From Eledone cirrhosa (Eukaryota): a stretch of DNA of 64,000 bases. The DNA is taken from the NCBI GenBank assembly GCA_964016885.1, contig CAXHJY010000640.1:1-64000 (forward strand), written 5' to 3'. Shown here piece after piece: positions 1 to 12,560 of the stretch. The translations under genes and the position numbers were made by a program. How positions within the stretch are numbered: position 1 is the first letter of the stretch; every line of letters starts with the position of its first letter. The notes beneath the pieces were generated by a model. The model was not told the DNA's origin and did not search any database. It saw only the letters and a list, made by a program, of their open reading frames with translations.

Positions 1-188
1 ACGACCACTTTACAGTGGAATGATAGGGACACCAGTCCCTATCATCTCATTTCTACAGCTGAGTAAACTGGAGCAATGTGAAATAAAGTGCCTTGCTCAA
101 GGAAACAACACATCACCCGGTCTGAGAATTGAACTCACAACCTTTCGATTGCAAGGCCAATGCTCTAACCACTAAGCCATGTGCCTCC
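1..188 (-). mobile_element. tRNA-derived CORE-type SINE (5' part; runs off the window start)
   Basis: Minus strand starts GGAGGCAC, with Pol III A-box TGGCTTAGTGG (169-179) and B-box GTTCAATTC (126-134). These are followed by CORE-like TCCTTGAGCAAGGCACTTTA...CTCAGCTGTAGAAATG. Positions 1-77 match 48301-48377 closely. The 5' end abuts (TA)n. Confidence 0.85.
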
Positions 189-236
189 ATATATATATAT
201 ATTATATATAATATATAATATATATATATATATAAT

Positions 237-282
<46 letters not shown>

Positions 283-340
283 ATTATATATATATATATA
301 TTATATATAATATATAATATATATATAATATATATATAAC

Positions 341-371
<31 letters not shown>

Positions 372-441
372 ATTATATATATATATTATATATATATATT
401 ATATATATATATATTATATATATATATATATTATATATATA

Positions 442-473
<32 letters not shown>

Positions 474-484
474 TAATATATATA

Positions 485-527
<43 letters not shown>

Positions 528-547
528 ATATATTATATATATATATT
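189..547. repeat. (TA)n microsatellite with TTA/TAA interruptions
   Basis: Read directly. Confidence 0.98.
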
Positions 548-1002
<455 letters not shown>

Positions 1003-1113
1003 GATATTATATATAGATATTATATATAGATATATATATATATATATATTATATATAGATATTATATATATTATATATAGATATATATTATATAGATATA
1101 TATTATATATATA

Positions 1114-1158
<45 letters not shown>

Positions 1159-1541
1159 ACAATATATATAGATATATATTATATATCATCATCATCATCA
1201 TCATCAACGTTTAACGTCCGTGTTCCATGCTTGCATGGGTTTGGACGGGGGTAGTCCCACTTGAGGCAAGAGTGATTGTCTTGCTCGCATAGGACTGTCT
1301 GGCAGGTTTTCTACAGTTGGATGCCCTTCCTAACACCAACCACATTTACAGTGTGGGTCTGGGAGGTTTTTACCGTGTTGCCTACACGGCCACATTACAG
1401 CGTGGACTGTGTGTTTTTTTTGTTGTGACACCTACACGATCTCATTTGTTTCAGCCTGGATGGCGCGGCACCAACATAACTTTACATAGAACGGGGTGGT
1501 GTGGATGGGGTGGGGGTGGTGGCGGGACGGGGTGTATTTTG

Positions 1542-4522
1542 TTAGAGATGCCTACTGGCAAGGCGGGTCTTCTCTGTTACTGAGTACCGCCAAAGGTCTC
1601 GGTCCAGTGACATTGTCTTGGAGAGATGTAAGTGTGTGAGGTCGGAGTTTATCAGCTCATCCCAGGTTTTTCTAGGTCTGCCTATTCCGTGGCTACCGTC
1701 TATCTTTATTGCCCTGCACTTTGTTATACAGCTATCGACTTTCATGCGCATCACGTGTCCATACCAACGCAGCCTTCTCTCGAGTAAACAACATCTGATC
1801 CCTCTTATCTCTAATTTTTTCCTTAGTTCGTTTATGCTTTGCCGTTCACGTATATTACTGTTACACATCCAGCGGAGCATGCAAGCTTTGTTCCTCTCTA
1901 GTCTGCGTATATCCTCTGCACACAATGCCCAGGTCTCACTACCATGCAACATTGCTGTTCGTATGCAGGCATCGTACAACCTGCCTTTCATTTTTAGGGA
2001 GAACCCTTTAGCAGCTAATAGTGGTATAAGCTCTCTGAACTTTTTCCAACCAGTTCTGACTCTAGCTACAGTACTTTCAGAGCACCCTCCCCCACTGCTG
2101 ATTTTATCGCCCAGGTAACGGAAGCTGTCCACTATTTCTATAGAACCCAATTGAAAGAGCTAGTATTTTGTGGGCACTTGCTGCTACTTATTGCACCAGA
2201 ACACCGGCCACATGTAAAATCTATGTTCTTAGTTAGCTTACCTGTGATCCCACTACATCTTTTATGCACCCATACTTTGCATTTAGGACATAAAATGGAG
2301 TTTCTACCTACGCCTTTCCTACACACCGAGCACGACCATTTCCCAGAAGGGACCGCCGCCTTGTTTTCTTTCCTACAAACTAGAACTTTGGTCTTAGCCA
2401 GGTTAATTTTAAGTCCTTTTGACTCTAGGCCGTGCTTCCATGTTTGGAATTTCTTCTCTAGCTCGGCCATTGATTCCGCTATGAGTGTCAGGTCGTCTGC
2501 GTATAGGAGTTCCCATGGGCAGCCTGTCTTGAACTCCTCTGTTATAGCCTGAAGGGCAATAATAAATAGTAGGGGGCTGAGAACAGAGCCCTGATGGACG
2601 CCAACTTTTACGCTAAACTCTTCACTATATTCGTTGTTAATTCTAACCTTGCTGACTGTTTCTTTATACATGGCTTGTATAGCTCTCACAAGCCATTCGT
2701 CAACGCCTAGTTTTCTAAGAGCCCACCAGATAATGGAGCGGGGGACTCTGTCGAAGGCTTTCTCCAGGTCGACAAAAGCTAAGTAGAGGGGTTTACCTTT
2801 AGCTAGGTACTTCTCCTGTAGTTGTCGTACAATGAAAAGAGCGTCTGTGGTGCTTTTGCCTGACACAAACCCGAACTGCATTTCATCTAGGTCAATTCTC
2901 TCTCTGATTAGTTGCGCTATTACTTTTTCCGTGACCTTCATGACCTGGTCGATTAATTTAATGCCTCTATAGTTACTCCTATCTAGGGCGTCTCCTTTAC
3001 CCTTATAACAGTTAACGATGATGCTGCTATGCCAGTCCTTCGGAACAACCCCATTCTGTACGACTTGGTTAACTATGCGGGTGACCATGGTGTGTCCCAC
3101 CGTGCCAGATGCCTTCAGCATCTCAGCAACTATTTCCGAAGGCCCAGCCGCCTTACCCGTCTTCATATCCTTGATTGCCTTACTTATTATACTCCCCTCG
3201 ACTAACACTGCTGGTCCCTCTATTGGGTCGATATGGGGGAGACTGTCTTTCTCCCATTTATTCTCCTCATTTAGTAGCCTTTCATAGTGACACTTCCAAG
3301 CTACCTTCTTATCAGTGTCGGTGATGGCAAGTATGCCATCATCGTTAAGTACACACTTCTCCCCGACAATATCACGGTTTTCCTTGACGCATTGCCTAGC
3401 AATCCTGAACACCTCACGTTTTTGGTCATCGCGTTGTAGAACATGCTTGAACTTTCTTTCCTCAGCTTCCCTTCTTGCTAAGTACACTTCTCTCCTAGCT
3501 TCCCTCCTGGCCACTTGATAGTCTACTCTACTTCCCCCATCCCGCCATACTTTCCAAGCCTGCTTTTTGGCCTTAATTGACCCCTCCACCTTACTGTTCC
3601 ACCACCATGTTACTCTCCTCCTGCCTACAGGCCTGCTCCAGCCACAGACTTCGTCTGTCGCCAACAGCAGGTTTGCTTTCAGAAATTCCCACTGTCCCTC
3701 TATATTGTCCGATTCTAGATGCTCTTCCTTACTGTCGAAAGCATCAAGTAATATGCTTTGAAATTTATTTCTGGCTGTGGGGTCCTTTAGCTTCCATATT
3801 TTCCTCCTGAGGATAGTCCTCTTCTGCTGTCGAGTACGTCTCGTCCTGACTATGAGGTCGCTAATTATCAGTCTATGTTGGGAGGTGCATTCTTCATGGG
3901 GGAGGGATTTAGTGTTTACAACAGACACTCTGTCACGTCTTCTGGTAAGGATATAATCTACCTGGCTTGTGTGTTCCCCGGATCTATAGGTGATCAGGTG
4001 ATTGTCACGTTTTTTGAAGTTAGTGTTACAGATAGTTAGGTTATTTGCATCACAGAATTCCAGGATTCTGGAGCCTTCCTCATTTCTAGTACCAAACCCA
4101 TAGCCTCCATGGATTTCGTCGTAGCCGTCACAATGTTGTCCAACGTGACCATTTAGGTCGCCTGCAATAATTATATAGTCACTGTCAGATATTTGGGAGG
4201 TAGTTAGCAACAGTGTCTCATAGAATCTGTCTTTTATAGTGCCGGGCTGTCCGGATTGGGGTGCGTACGCAGATATTACTGTCACCGTAGTTCTATTGAG
4301 GACAAGTCGTATTTTAATTATTCTGTCGTTCACTCTATTTACGTCTATTATCTTATCTGCCCACTTTTCTGCTACCATGATTCCTACTCCACCCAGCCCA
4401 TCGTCGTTTCCCACCCAGAAAAGCTTATAACATCGTTTTTTACCCTCAATGAATCTAGCAGACCCACCCCTCCACCTGGTCTCTTGAATACAACAAACAT
4501 CGACCTCCTTACGTTCAAGCAT
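1542..4522 (-). pseudogene. RTE ORF2 (APE endonuclease + RT + PHD-type finger), frameshifted
   Basis: Motifs [54 protein letters not shown] and FRYLG. A 7-bp deletion near 2148 (CGCAGAG present in copies A2, A6, A7) splits ORFs 2138-4522 and 1542-2150. A further ~28-bp deletion removes the normal stop. Confidence 0.95.
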
Positions 4523-4535
4523 TTCTACAACCTCG

Positions 4536-4719
4536 TTAGCGCGACCCTTTAGGGTGCCTACATTTATGGTACCAACTCTGAAGTTTTGGGTTGCGTTTGG
4601 AGGGTGGGGGTGGTGGGGGGGCGGGGGGAGATAGGGTTATGTTAGCCATCCGCGGACGAAACAAAGAGGAGTGCTCGCATTCTCGTCCACGAGGTGAATT
4701 TGACTTTAACTTTGGCATT
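4536..4719 (-). CDS. Putative short RTE ORF1/uORF (MPKLKSNSPRGRECEHSSLFRPRMANIT...) overlapping the ORF2 frame
   Basis: The same peptide is retained in copy A5 (within 33279-33536). A short ORF1 overlapping ORF2 is known for RTE-clade elements. Confidence 0.5.
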
Positions 4720-5288
4720 TTCGCTCTGAGCGTCCAGATTTTTCTCTCCCTTCCACTCTCCAGGATTCCGCAGTCCGTCCATCCATCCATCCATCCATCA
4801 TATATCGAAGGCAACCGGGCAAGCGATAGTATAGGCCTCTGGCTTATGATTGGTCCGCGTATTAATAATAATGGTGATGCGTGGGGGGGGGGGTCTGGCT
4901 TATAATAATATTGGTGATGCGTGGGGGGGGGGCTCTGGCTTATGATTGGTCCACGTATTAAGAATGGTGGTGTGTGGGAGCTCGTGGGAGGGGTGTGGGG
5001 TAGCTAGCTGGAAGGTTATGAATGTTTAACAAGCGATTTAACAAAAAGCAAAACTGCAAAGATTTGTTCTGTTCAATACGACAAAAACACCGTATTTAAA
5101 CCTTAAATAAATAACAAAAAATACAGATTTCGGATTTTGCGAGATTGGATGTTTGGACTATGTACGAAATTGAGCATGGAATAGATGGAGAAAAATTTGT
5201 ACGTTACGATTACATGGGTACTGGAAATGTAGGAATAATTGAAGCAGCGATGGATTGGCGAAAGTGAATAAACATGGAGAACTTATCT

Positions 5289-5323
<35 letters not shown>

Positions 5324-5776
5324 AGCTAAGAGAGAGAGAGAGGGGAAGGGGAAGAGAGAGAGGGGAAAGGGGGAGAGAGATTGTGGCTGACCGCAGCCCC
5401 TCGTGGAGTAGCTGGAGGGTGAAGGGTGTAGAGCGGATTTTTTGACTTTCAAGTAGCATAATATATATATTTAAAGTAATTTAAAGTAATTTATAAGAAG
5501 TAGAATGGGAAGGATTTTGTTTTTTGTTTGAGAGTACGATAGAATTAAGGAATTGGACGATACGATAGAATTAAGAATGGGAAGGATTTTGTTTTTTGTT
5601 TGGGGATACGATAGAATTAAGGAATTTAAGGAATTGGAGAATACGATAGAATTAAGGAATTGAGGAGCTGGAAGGTTATGAATGTTTAACAAGCGATTTA
5701 ACAAAAAGCAAAACTGCAAAGATTTGTTCTGTTCAATACGACAAAAACACCGTATTTAAACCTTAAATAAATAACA

Positions 5777-6138
5777 TATATATATATATATCTATTATAT
5801 ATATATATTATATATATATTATATATATATTATATATATATTATATATATATTATATATATATTATATATATTATATATATTATATATATTATATATATA
5901 TTATATATATATTATATATATATTATATATATATTATATATATATTATATATATTATATATATTATATATATATTATATATATATTATATATATATTATA
6001 TATATATTATATATATATTATATATATATTATATATATATTATATATATATTATATATATATTATATATATATTATATATATATTATATATATATTATAT
6101 ATATATTATATATATATTATATATATATATATATCTAT

Positions 6139-6170
<32 letters not shown>

Positions 6171-6209
6171 TATATATATTATATATATTATATATATATA
6201 TATATCTAT

Positions 6210-6241
<32 letters not shown>

Positions 6242-6335
6242 TATATATATTATATATATTATATATATTATATATATATATATCTATTATATATATATAT
6301 ATTATATATATATTATATATATATTATATATATTT
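5777..6335. repeat. (TA)n array with regular 9/11-bp TTATATATA(TA) units
   Basis: Read directly. Confidence 0.97.
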
Positions 6336-7880
6336 CTAGATGAAATGCAGTTCGGGTTTGTGTCAGGAAAAAGTACCACAGACGCTCTTTTCATTGTACG
6401 ACAACTACAGAAGTATCTAGCTAAAAGTAAACCCCTATACTTAGCTTTCGTCGACTTGGAGAAAGCCTTCGACAGAGTCCCCCGTTCCATTACCTGGTGG
6501 GCTCTTAGAAAACTAGGTGTTGATGAATGGCTTGTGAGAGCTATACAAGCCATGTATAAAGAAACAGTCAGCAAGGTTAGAATTAACAACGAATATAGTG
6601 AAGAGTTTAGTGTAAAAGTTGGTGTTCATCAGGGCTCTGTTCTTAGCCTCCTACTATTTATTATTGCCCTCCAGGCTATAACAGTGGAGTTCAAGACCGG
6701 CTGCCCATGGGAACTCCTATACGCAGATGATCTAACGCTCATAGTTGAAACAATGGCCGAGCTAGAGAAGAAACTCCAAACATGGAAGCACGACCTAGAA
6801 TCAAAAGGCCTTAAAATTAACCTGGCTAAGACTAAAGTTCTAGTTTGTAAGAAAGAAAATAAGGCGGCGGTCCCCTCCGGGAAGTGGCCATGCTCAGAGT
6901 GTAGGAAAGGCGTAGGTAGAAACCTCATTTTGTGTCCCAAATGCAAAGTTTGGGTGCATAAAAGATGTAGTGGGATCACAGGTAAGCTAACTAAGAACAT
7001 AGATTTTACATGTGGCCGGTGTTCTGGGGCAATAAGTAGCAGCAAGTGCCCAAAAAATACTAGCTCTTTCAACTGCGCAGAGGGTTCTATAGAAATAGTG
7101 GACAGCTTCCGTTACCTGGGTGACAAAATCAGCAGTGGGGGAGGGTGCTCTGAAAGTACAGTAGCTAGAGTCAGAACTGGTTGGAAAAAGTTCAGAGAGC
7201 TCATACCACTATTAGCCGCTAAAGGGTTCTCCCTAAAAATGAAAGGCAGGTTGTACGATGCCTGCATATGAACAGCAATGTTGCACGGCAGTGAGACCTG
7301 GGCATTGTGTGCAGAGGATATACGCAGACTAGAGAGAAACGAAGCTTGCATGCTCCGCTGGATGTGTAATAGTAATATACGTGAACGGCAAAGCATAAAC
7401 GAACTAAGGAAAAAATTAGAAATAAGAGGGATCAGATGTTGTTTACTCGAGAGAAGGCTACGTTGGTATGGTCACGTGATGTGCATGAAGGACGATAGCT
7501 GTATAACAATGTGCAGGGCAATAAAGATAGACGGTAGCCACGGAATAGGCAGACCCAGAAAAACCTGGGACGAGCTGATAAACTCCGACCTCACACACTT
7601 ACACCTCTCCAAGACAATGTCACTGGACCGAGACCTTTGGCGGTACTCAGTAACAGAGAAGACCCGCCTTACCTAAATACATAGTAAAACCTACTACAGC
7701 CAGTAGGCATCTCTAACAACCCCCCCCCCCCTCGTACCACCACCCCCACCCCATCCACACCACCCCGTTCTATGTAAAGTTATGTTGGTCCCACACCATC
7801 CAGGCCGAAACAAATGAGATCGTGTAGGTGTCACGACAAAAAAAACACACAGTCCACGCTGTAATGTGGCCGTGTAGGCA
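6336..7880 (+). mobile_element. RTE family A, 5'-truncated copy A2 lacking its distal 3' UTR
   Basis: RT from DEMQFGF onward, with a premature TGA at 7269-7271. The 3' UTR breaks off at ...GGCCGTGTAGGCA and runs straight into family B. Confidence 0.93.
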
Positions 7881-10032
7881 GTGTGTCAGAGATAGTTGTG
7901 ATGTCATTGGAGAGAAGTGTATCCGGAATGATAAAGGTGAGCTTGCCCTCACAAGTGCTGAGAAGAAAGATGCATGGAAGAGTCATTATGATAGATTACT
8001 AAATGAGGAGAATGCATGGGAAGAAGAGACCCTACCCCAAGTAGACCCTATAGAGGGGCCAGCAGTACAAGTCAGCAGCAACGTAGTAAGTAAGGCAATC
8101 AAAGATATGAAGATGGGGAAGGCAACCGGTCCATCGGGTATAGCTGCCGAGATGCTGAAGGCATCTGGGTCTGTAGGTCACACTATAACCACACGTATCG
8201 TTAACCAGGTAATACTAGAAGGGGCCATACCAAAAGATTGGTGCAGTAGCATCATTGTCAACTGCTACAAAGGTAAAGGCGATGCACTAGATAGAGGAAA
8301 CTATAGAGGTATAAAGTTGATGGACCAGGTCATGAAAGTAACAGAAAGAGTTATAGCACAGCTGATTAGAGACCGGGTGAATATAGACGAGATGCAATTT
8401 GGGTTTGTACCAGGGAGAGGCACCACTGATGCCCTCTTCCTTGTGAGGCAATTACAGGAAAAGTACCTAGCTAAAAGTAAGCCACTCTACTTGGCATTTG
8501 TCGACCTTGAGAAAGCCTTTGACAGAGTTCCACGTGCATTAATCTGGTGGGCTCTTAGAAAACTAGGAGTAGATGAATGGCTTGTGAAAGCGGTACAAGC
8601 CATGTATAGGGGAGCAGTCAGCAAAGTTAGGATTAGCAATGAGTATAGCGAGGAATTTAGCGTACAGGTTGGGGTCCACCAGGGCTCTGTTCTTAGCCCT
8701 CTCCTGTTCATCATAGTCTTGCAGGCAATAACGGAGGAGTTTAAGACCGGATGCCCATGGGAACTCCTGTATGCTGATGACCTCGCACTCATAGCTGAAT
8801 CTATGGTAGAACTAGAGAATAAATTCCAAACCTGGAAGCAGGGACTAGAGAGAAAGGGCCTCAAAGTCAACATGACAAAGACTAAGGTCCTTGTAAGTAG
8901 ATGAGAAAACAGAACCCAGATCCCCACAGGGAAATGGCCTTGCTCAGTATGTAGGAAAGGTGTAGGTAGGAACTCCATTCTCTGCCCCAAATGCAAACAA
9001 TGGGTACACAAGAGATGTAGCGGGATCTCAGGAAGCTTAATTAAGAATGTAGGATTCACATGCAGCAGCTGTGCTGAAACAGCAAGCAAACAGCCACAGG
9101 AAACAAGTACCACCAATCTCTGGGAGGGCCCTGTAGAAACAGTAGACAGCTTCTGCTACCTAGGTGACTGAATTAGCAGCGGAGGTGGGTGCTCAGAAAG
9201 TACAATAACTAGGGTAAGAACGGGATGGAAGAAGTTTAGGGAACTACTACCACTGCTAGCTGCAAAAGGCTTCTCCCTCAGAATGAAAGGCAGACTGTAT
9301 GATGCGTGTATCCGAACAGCGATGTTGCATGGTAGTGAGACCTGGGCGCTGAAGGTGGAAGACTTACGTAGATTAGAGAGAAACGAAGCCTGCATGCTCC
9401 GATGGATGTGTAACAGTAATATACGTGAACGACAAAGCATAAATGAATTGAGAGAGAGACTGAGCATAAGAGGAATCAAATGCTGCGTGCAGGAGAGGCG
9501 GTTACGCTGGTATGGACATGTGATGCGTATGAAGGATGACAGCTGCATAAAAAGGTGCAGAGCACTACAAGTTGATGGAAACCGCGGAGTGGGGAGACCC
9601 AAGATGACTTGGGATGAGGTGATAAAAGCCGACCTTACCCAACTACACCTCTCAAAGACGATGACACACGACCGTGACTTCTGGCGTCACGCAGTAATAC
9701 AGGGTACCCGACCTCCCATGGGTACATGCTGAAGCATATAAACAATATGCCCCCCCCCCCCGCCCCAAGGTGGTCGTGGAGGTGCCACGGCAAAAAAGCA
9801 CCCAGCCCACACTGTAAAGTGGACGTGTAGGCGCCACGAAAAAGCACCCACCACTCACTGTAAATGAGGTTGGTGTTAGGAAGGGCATCCAGCTGTAGAA
9901 ATCAAGCCAGATCAGTTCCTGTATGAGCAAGGCATGGTCAGCCGACCAGACACTGCCCACAACAGGACAACCCGTCTAACCCATGCTAGCGTGGAAGAAC
10001 GGACGTAAAACGGTCATGATGATGATGATGAT
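7876..10032 (+). mobile_element. RTE family B, 5'-truncated copy B2
   Basis: RT reading RQCVRDSCD...YADD...RPPMGTC*, with in-frame TGA at 8902 and ~9168, a family-B 3' UTR and an (ATG)n tail. Confidence 0.94.
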
Positions 10033-10084
10033 ATATAATATATATATATATAAATAATATATATATATTATATAAATATATATA

Positions 10085-10134
<50 letters not shown>

Positions 10135-10281
10135 ATATAATTATATATATATTATATAATTATATATATATATAATTATATATATATATATAATATATAT
10201 ATATATATATTATATAAATATATATATATTATATAAATATATATATATATATTATATAAATATATATATATATATTATATA

Positions 10282-11232
10282 TCTATATATATATAAAATT
10301 GTGGTTGTCTGTCTGTCTATCGATTTTTGGCACACATCTCCTCTTAGAATCTCTCACGGAATTGCACCGAAATTGCTATACTTGTACATTGAGCCCTAGC
10401 GAAGACATCGGAAAAAAAATATTTCAAATTGACCCGCCCTATGTGACGAAATCGAATATAATGTATCGATTTTTGAGCGTAAGTTATCAGTTATTTCCCT
10501 TTGTTCTGTTTACATTGAGCGTCTTACGTAAAAAATTACGCTGGCTTTCTCAGCGTTTAAAATGACATTAACACAATACACGAACAGTTGTCGAGCCAGC
10601 AAAATATTGACCTGCAAAATTCATTAGTTCGAACACTAAGCTTCCGTTTTGCTTCATTTCCATTTAAAAGCATTTTAAAACAATATTTTTACTTGAAAAC
10701 AAGTCTATTTAAAGACTACGTAAAACAAGCAAATATTTCGTAAAAAAAAGCAAAAATTATAGAAGTTTATTTAAAATATATGTATCTGTAAATTTCGTTA
10801 GGCGTGCAGACAGACAGTCGTGCAGAGAGGTGATATAGGCGTGCAGACAGACAGTCGTGCAGAGAGGTGATATAGGCGTGCAGACAGACAGTCGTGCAGA
10901 GAGGTGATATAGGCGTGCAGACAGACATAACTGATAATTTGGTTACGCTAATGTTTTTCTCTGCGTTGCAGTGTTTACATTTTCGATCTTTGTTAATAAA
11001 TAACCAGTGCAGTTTTTATCCCCAGCATCCTCTTTTGTTATAACATTCGGGTTATCGTTATGTTTTCTTAACTTCATAAGGCATATTGTTGGTTGAGGGA
11101 ATATTAATCAAAAACACCCCATGCAAGTCTGCACAGTAGACACTACAGTTTTTAAGCCAAGAAAGAAACTTAACATTGTAACTTTAACACAGCTACTGAG
11201 CGACCCCGAGCAACGCCGGGCTTTACTGCTAG
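10282..11232 (+). mobile_element. Non-autonomous Helitron
   Basis: Starts 5'-TCTATATATATATAAAA after A (10281) and ends CTAG (11229-11232) before T. Subterminal GC hairpin CCCGAGCAACGCCGGG (11205-11220) lies 8 nt before CTAG. No ORF. Confidence 0.88.
10799..10927. repeat. 37-bp minisatellite, ~3.5 perfect copies, inside the Helitron
   Basis: Unit TAGGCGTGCAGACAGACAGTCGTGCAGAGAGGTGATA at 10799, 10836 and 10873, with a partial copy at 10910. Confidence 0.97.
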
Positions 11233-11351
11233 TATATTATATAATTATATATATATATATATATAATATATATATATATATATAATATAATATATAAACT
11301 CTTGGTAGATTTATCTACATATATAATATAATATATATATATATATAAATA

Positions 11352-12262
11352 CAGGGTGCAGATGATATATGTTCGCAAGATTACTGTCTAGGAAAAAATA
11401 ACACAGTAGTTTTCTTTTTTAAGATTTATTCATCAAACTTGGGTCACTTTGTCTTCATGACTTGTTCTTTCGATCTCACTCAATAAACCCGCCATTGGCT
11501 CTGATGATGGCCTGAAGGCGGCCTCGGAACCGCCCTTGGAATCGGCCTCAGAACTGGCTACAGGCCTTCGTCACTGTCCCCCGACTTAGGCCCCTAAATG
11601 CACTTGTGATCCTGGCCTTCAGATCATCTTACGTATTGCAGCTCGACCTGTTGGTGTCTCGTTCCACTGTGCCCCACATAAAGAAGTAGAGGGGGTTGCA
11701 GTCAGGCGAGCTGGGAGGCCAGATGTCAGGTGAAGTGTGGTCGACGAATTCTCTGACCGCCAGGCTTGGGTCTTTCGGCTGGTATGGCAGGGCGCTGACT
11801 CTTGCTGCCACACGTACGGCCTTCCTGCAGCTACCTGGTTGATCCAGGGCTTTACTACCTCGCTCAGAGCGCAGATGTAACCATCGGTGTTCTGCTTGAG
11901 GCCCTCAGGGAAGAAGTGAGGTGGCATGACGTCACCTTGACTGCTGACGACACCTAATACCAATGTTGTCGCTGGAAACTTCGTCTGTATGACTCTGGGC
12001 ACCTCCTTGGATGAGACAGAGAGCCGCCTGCTGTTCTGGAAGTTGATCTTCTGGTCTTGTCCTCCCGGCGCGGATTCCAAGAAGAACTCCGTGTCTCTTC
12101 CACAAATTTGGAGGTTCAAAATTATTCACAATCAATTATTCTGAAAATAAATAGTGGAAATATAGTCACTGTTTTTATGAAGACAAGAGTGACAACGGAA
12201 GTAAAACAAATTTACATAAAATTAGCAGTTGAAAATTGCGAACAAATATCGTCCGCACCCTG
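11352..12262 (-). mobile_element. Tc1/mariner-superfamily DD37D (maT) transposon, internally deleted and defective
   Basis: ~27-bp TIRs CAGGGTGCAGATGATATATGTTCGCAA / TTGCGAACAAATATCGTCCGCACCCTG flanked by TA. Transposase remnants WQQ(E)SAPCHTS and WPPSSPDCNPL(Y); 37 residues separate the 2nd and 3rd catalytic positions once one frameshift is corrected. Confidence 0.92.
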
Positions 12263-12560
12263 TATCTAGGGAGTATAATTTGGAGTTACTGTAGGTTCAC
12301 CCGGGTGAGCACTCGATGTTTAGGTTCACTTCTGTGTCGAGGTGTAGAGCTATACAGAGTGTATTATATTGAAAAGATAACAAGGACAATTGGTCACTCC
12401 TTCATTACATTTATTGGTTGGTGACGTGAATTTCGCCACTGATCAGCTCAAGCTTCGATCTGTATCGATCTTAGCCGACACTGTAATCTGCAGCTCGACG
12501 GACCTCATATATATATCAATGATATTAAATAAATGGAAAGTATATTTATAAAACCATATT

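Larger units (their letters stand above)
1185..5776 (-). mobile_element. RTE LINE family A, near full-length copy A1 (5' boundary uncertain, 5116-5776)
   Basis: (CAT)n tail at 1185, then 3' UTR, an APE endonuclease + RT ORF, a short upstream ORF and a repeated 5' region; flanked by (TA)n on both sides. Confidence 0.92.

Noticed and set aside
115-188. Possible tRNA gene
   Set aside because: A and B boxes are present, but the acceptor and anticodon stems do not pair and the sequence continues into CORE/LINE tail, so it is a SINE head.
2151-2552. Recurrent antisense ORFs (MKELVFCGHLLL..., [10 protein letters not shown]..., [12 protein letters not shown]...) seen in several places
   Set aside because: They recur only because the RTE copies are near-identical; there are no domain motifs or independent evidence.
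4630-4700. HDV-like ribozyme candidate in the RTE-A 5' region (GGACGAG...CTCCTC...TTCGTCC...GGCTAA on minus; also ~33375-33440)
   Set aside because: P1, a P3/L3-like segment and a GCUAA are suggestive, and RTEs are known to carry HDV-like ribozymes. However, I could not form P2 or P1.1, and P1 is mismatched in A5. An RNArobo/Infernal search would settle it.
12420-12450. Hammerhead-like CTGATCA...GAAA...GTC on the minus strand
   Set aside because: The core lacks G8 and stems I and III do not pair.
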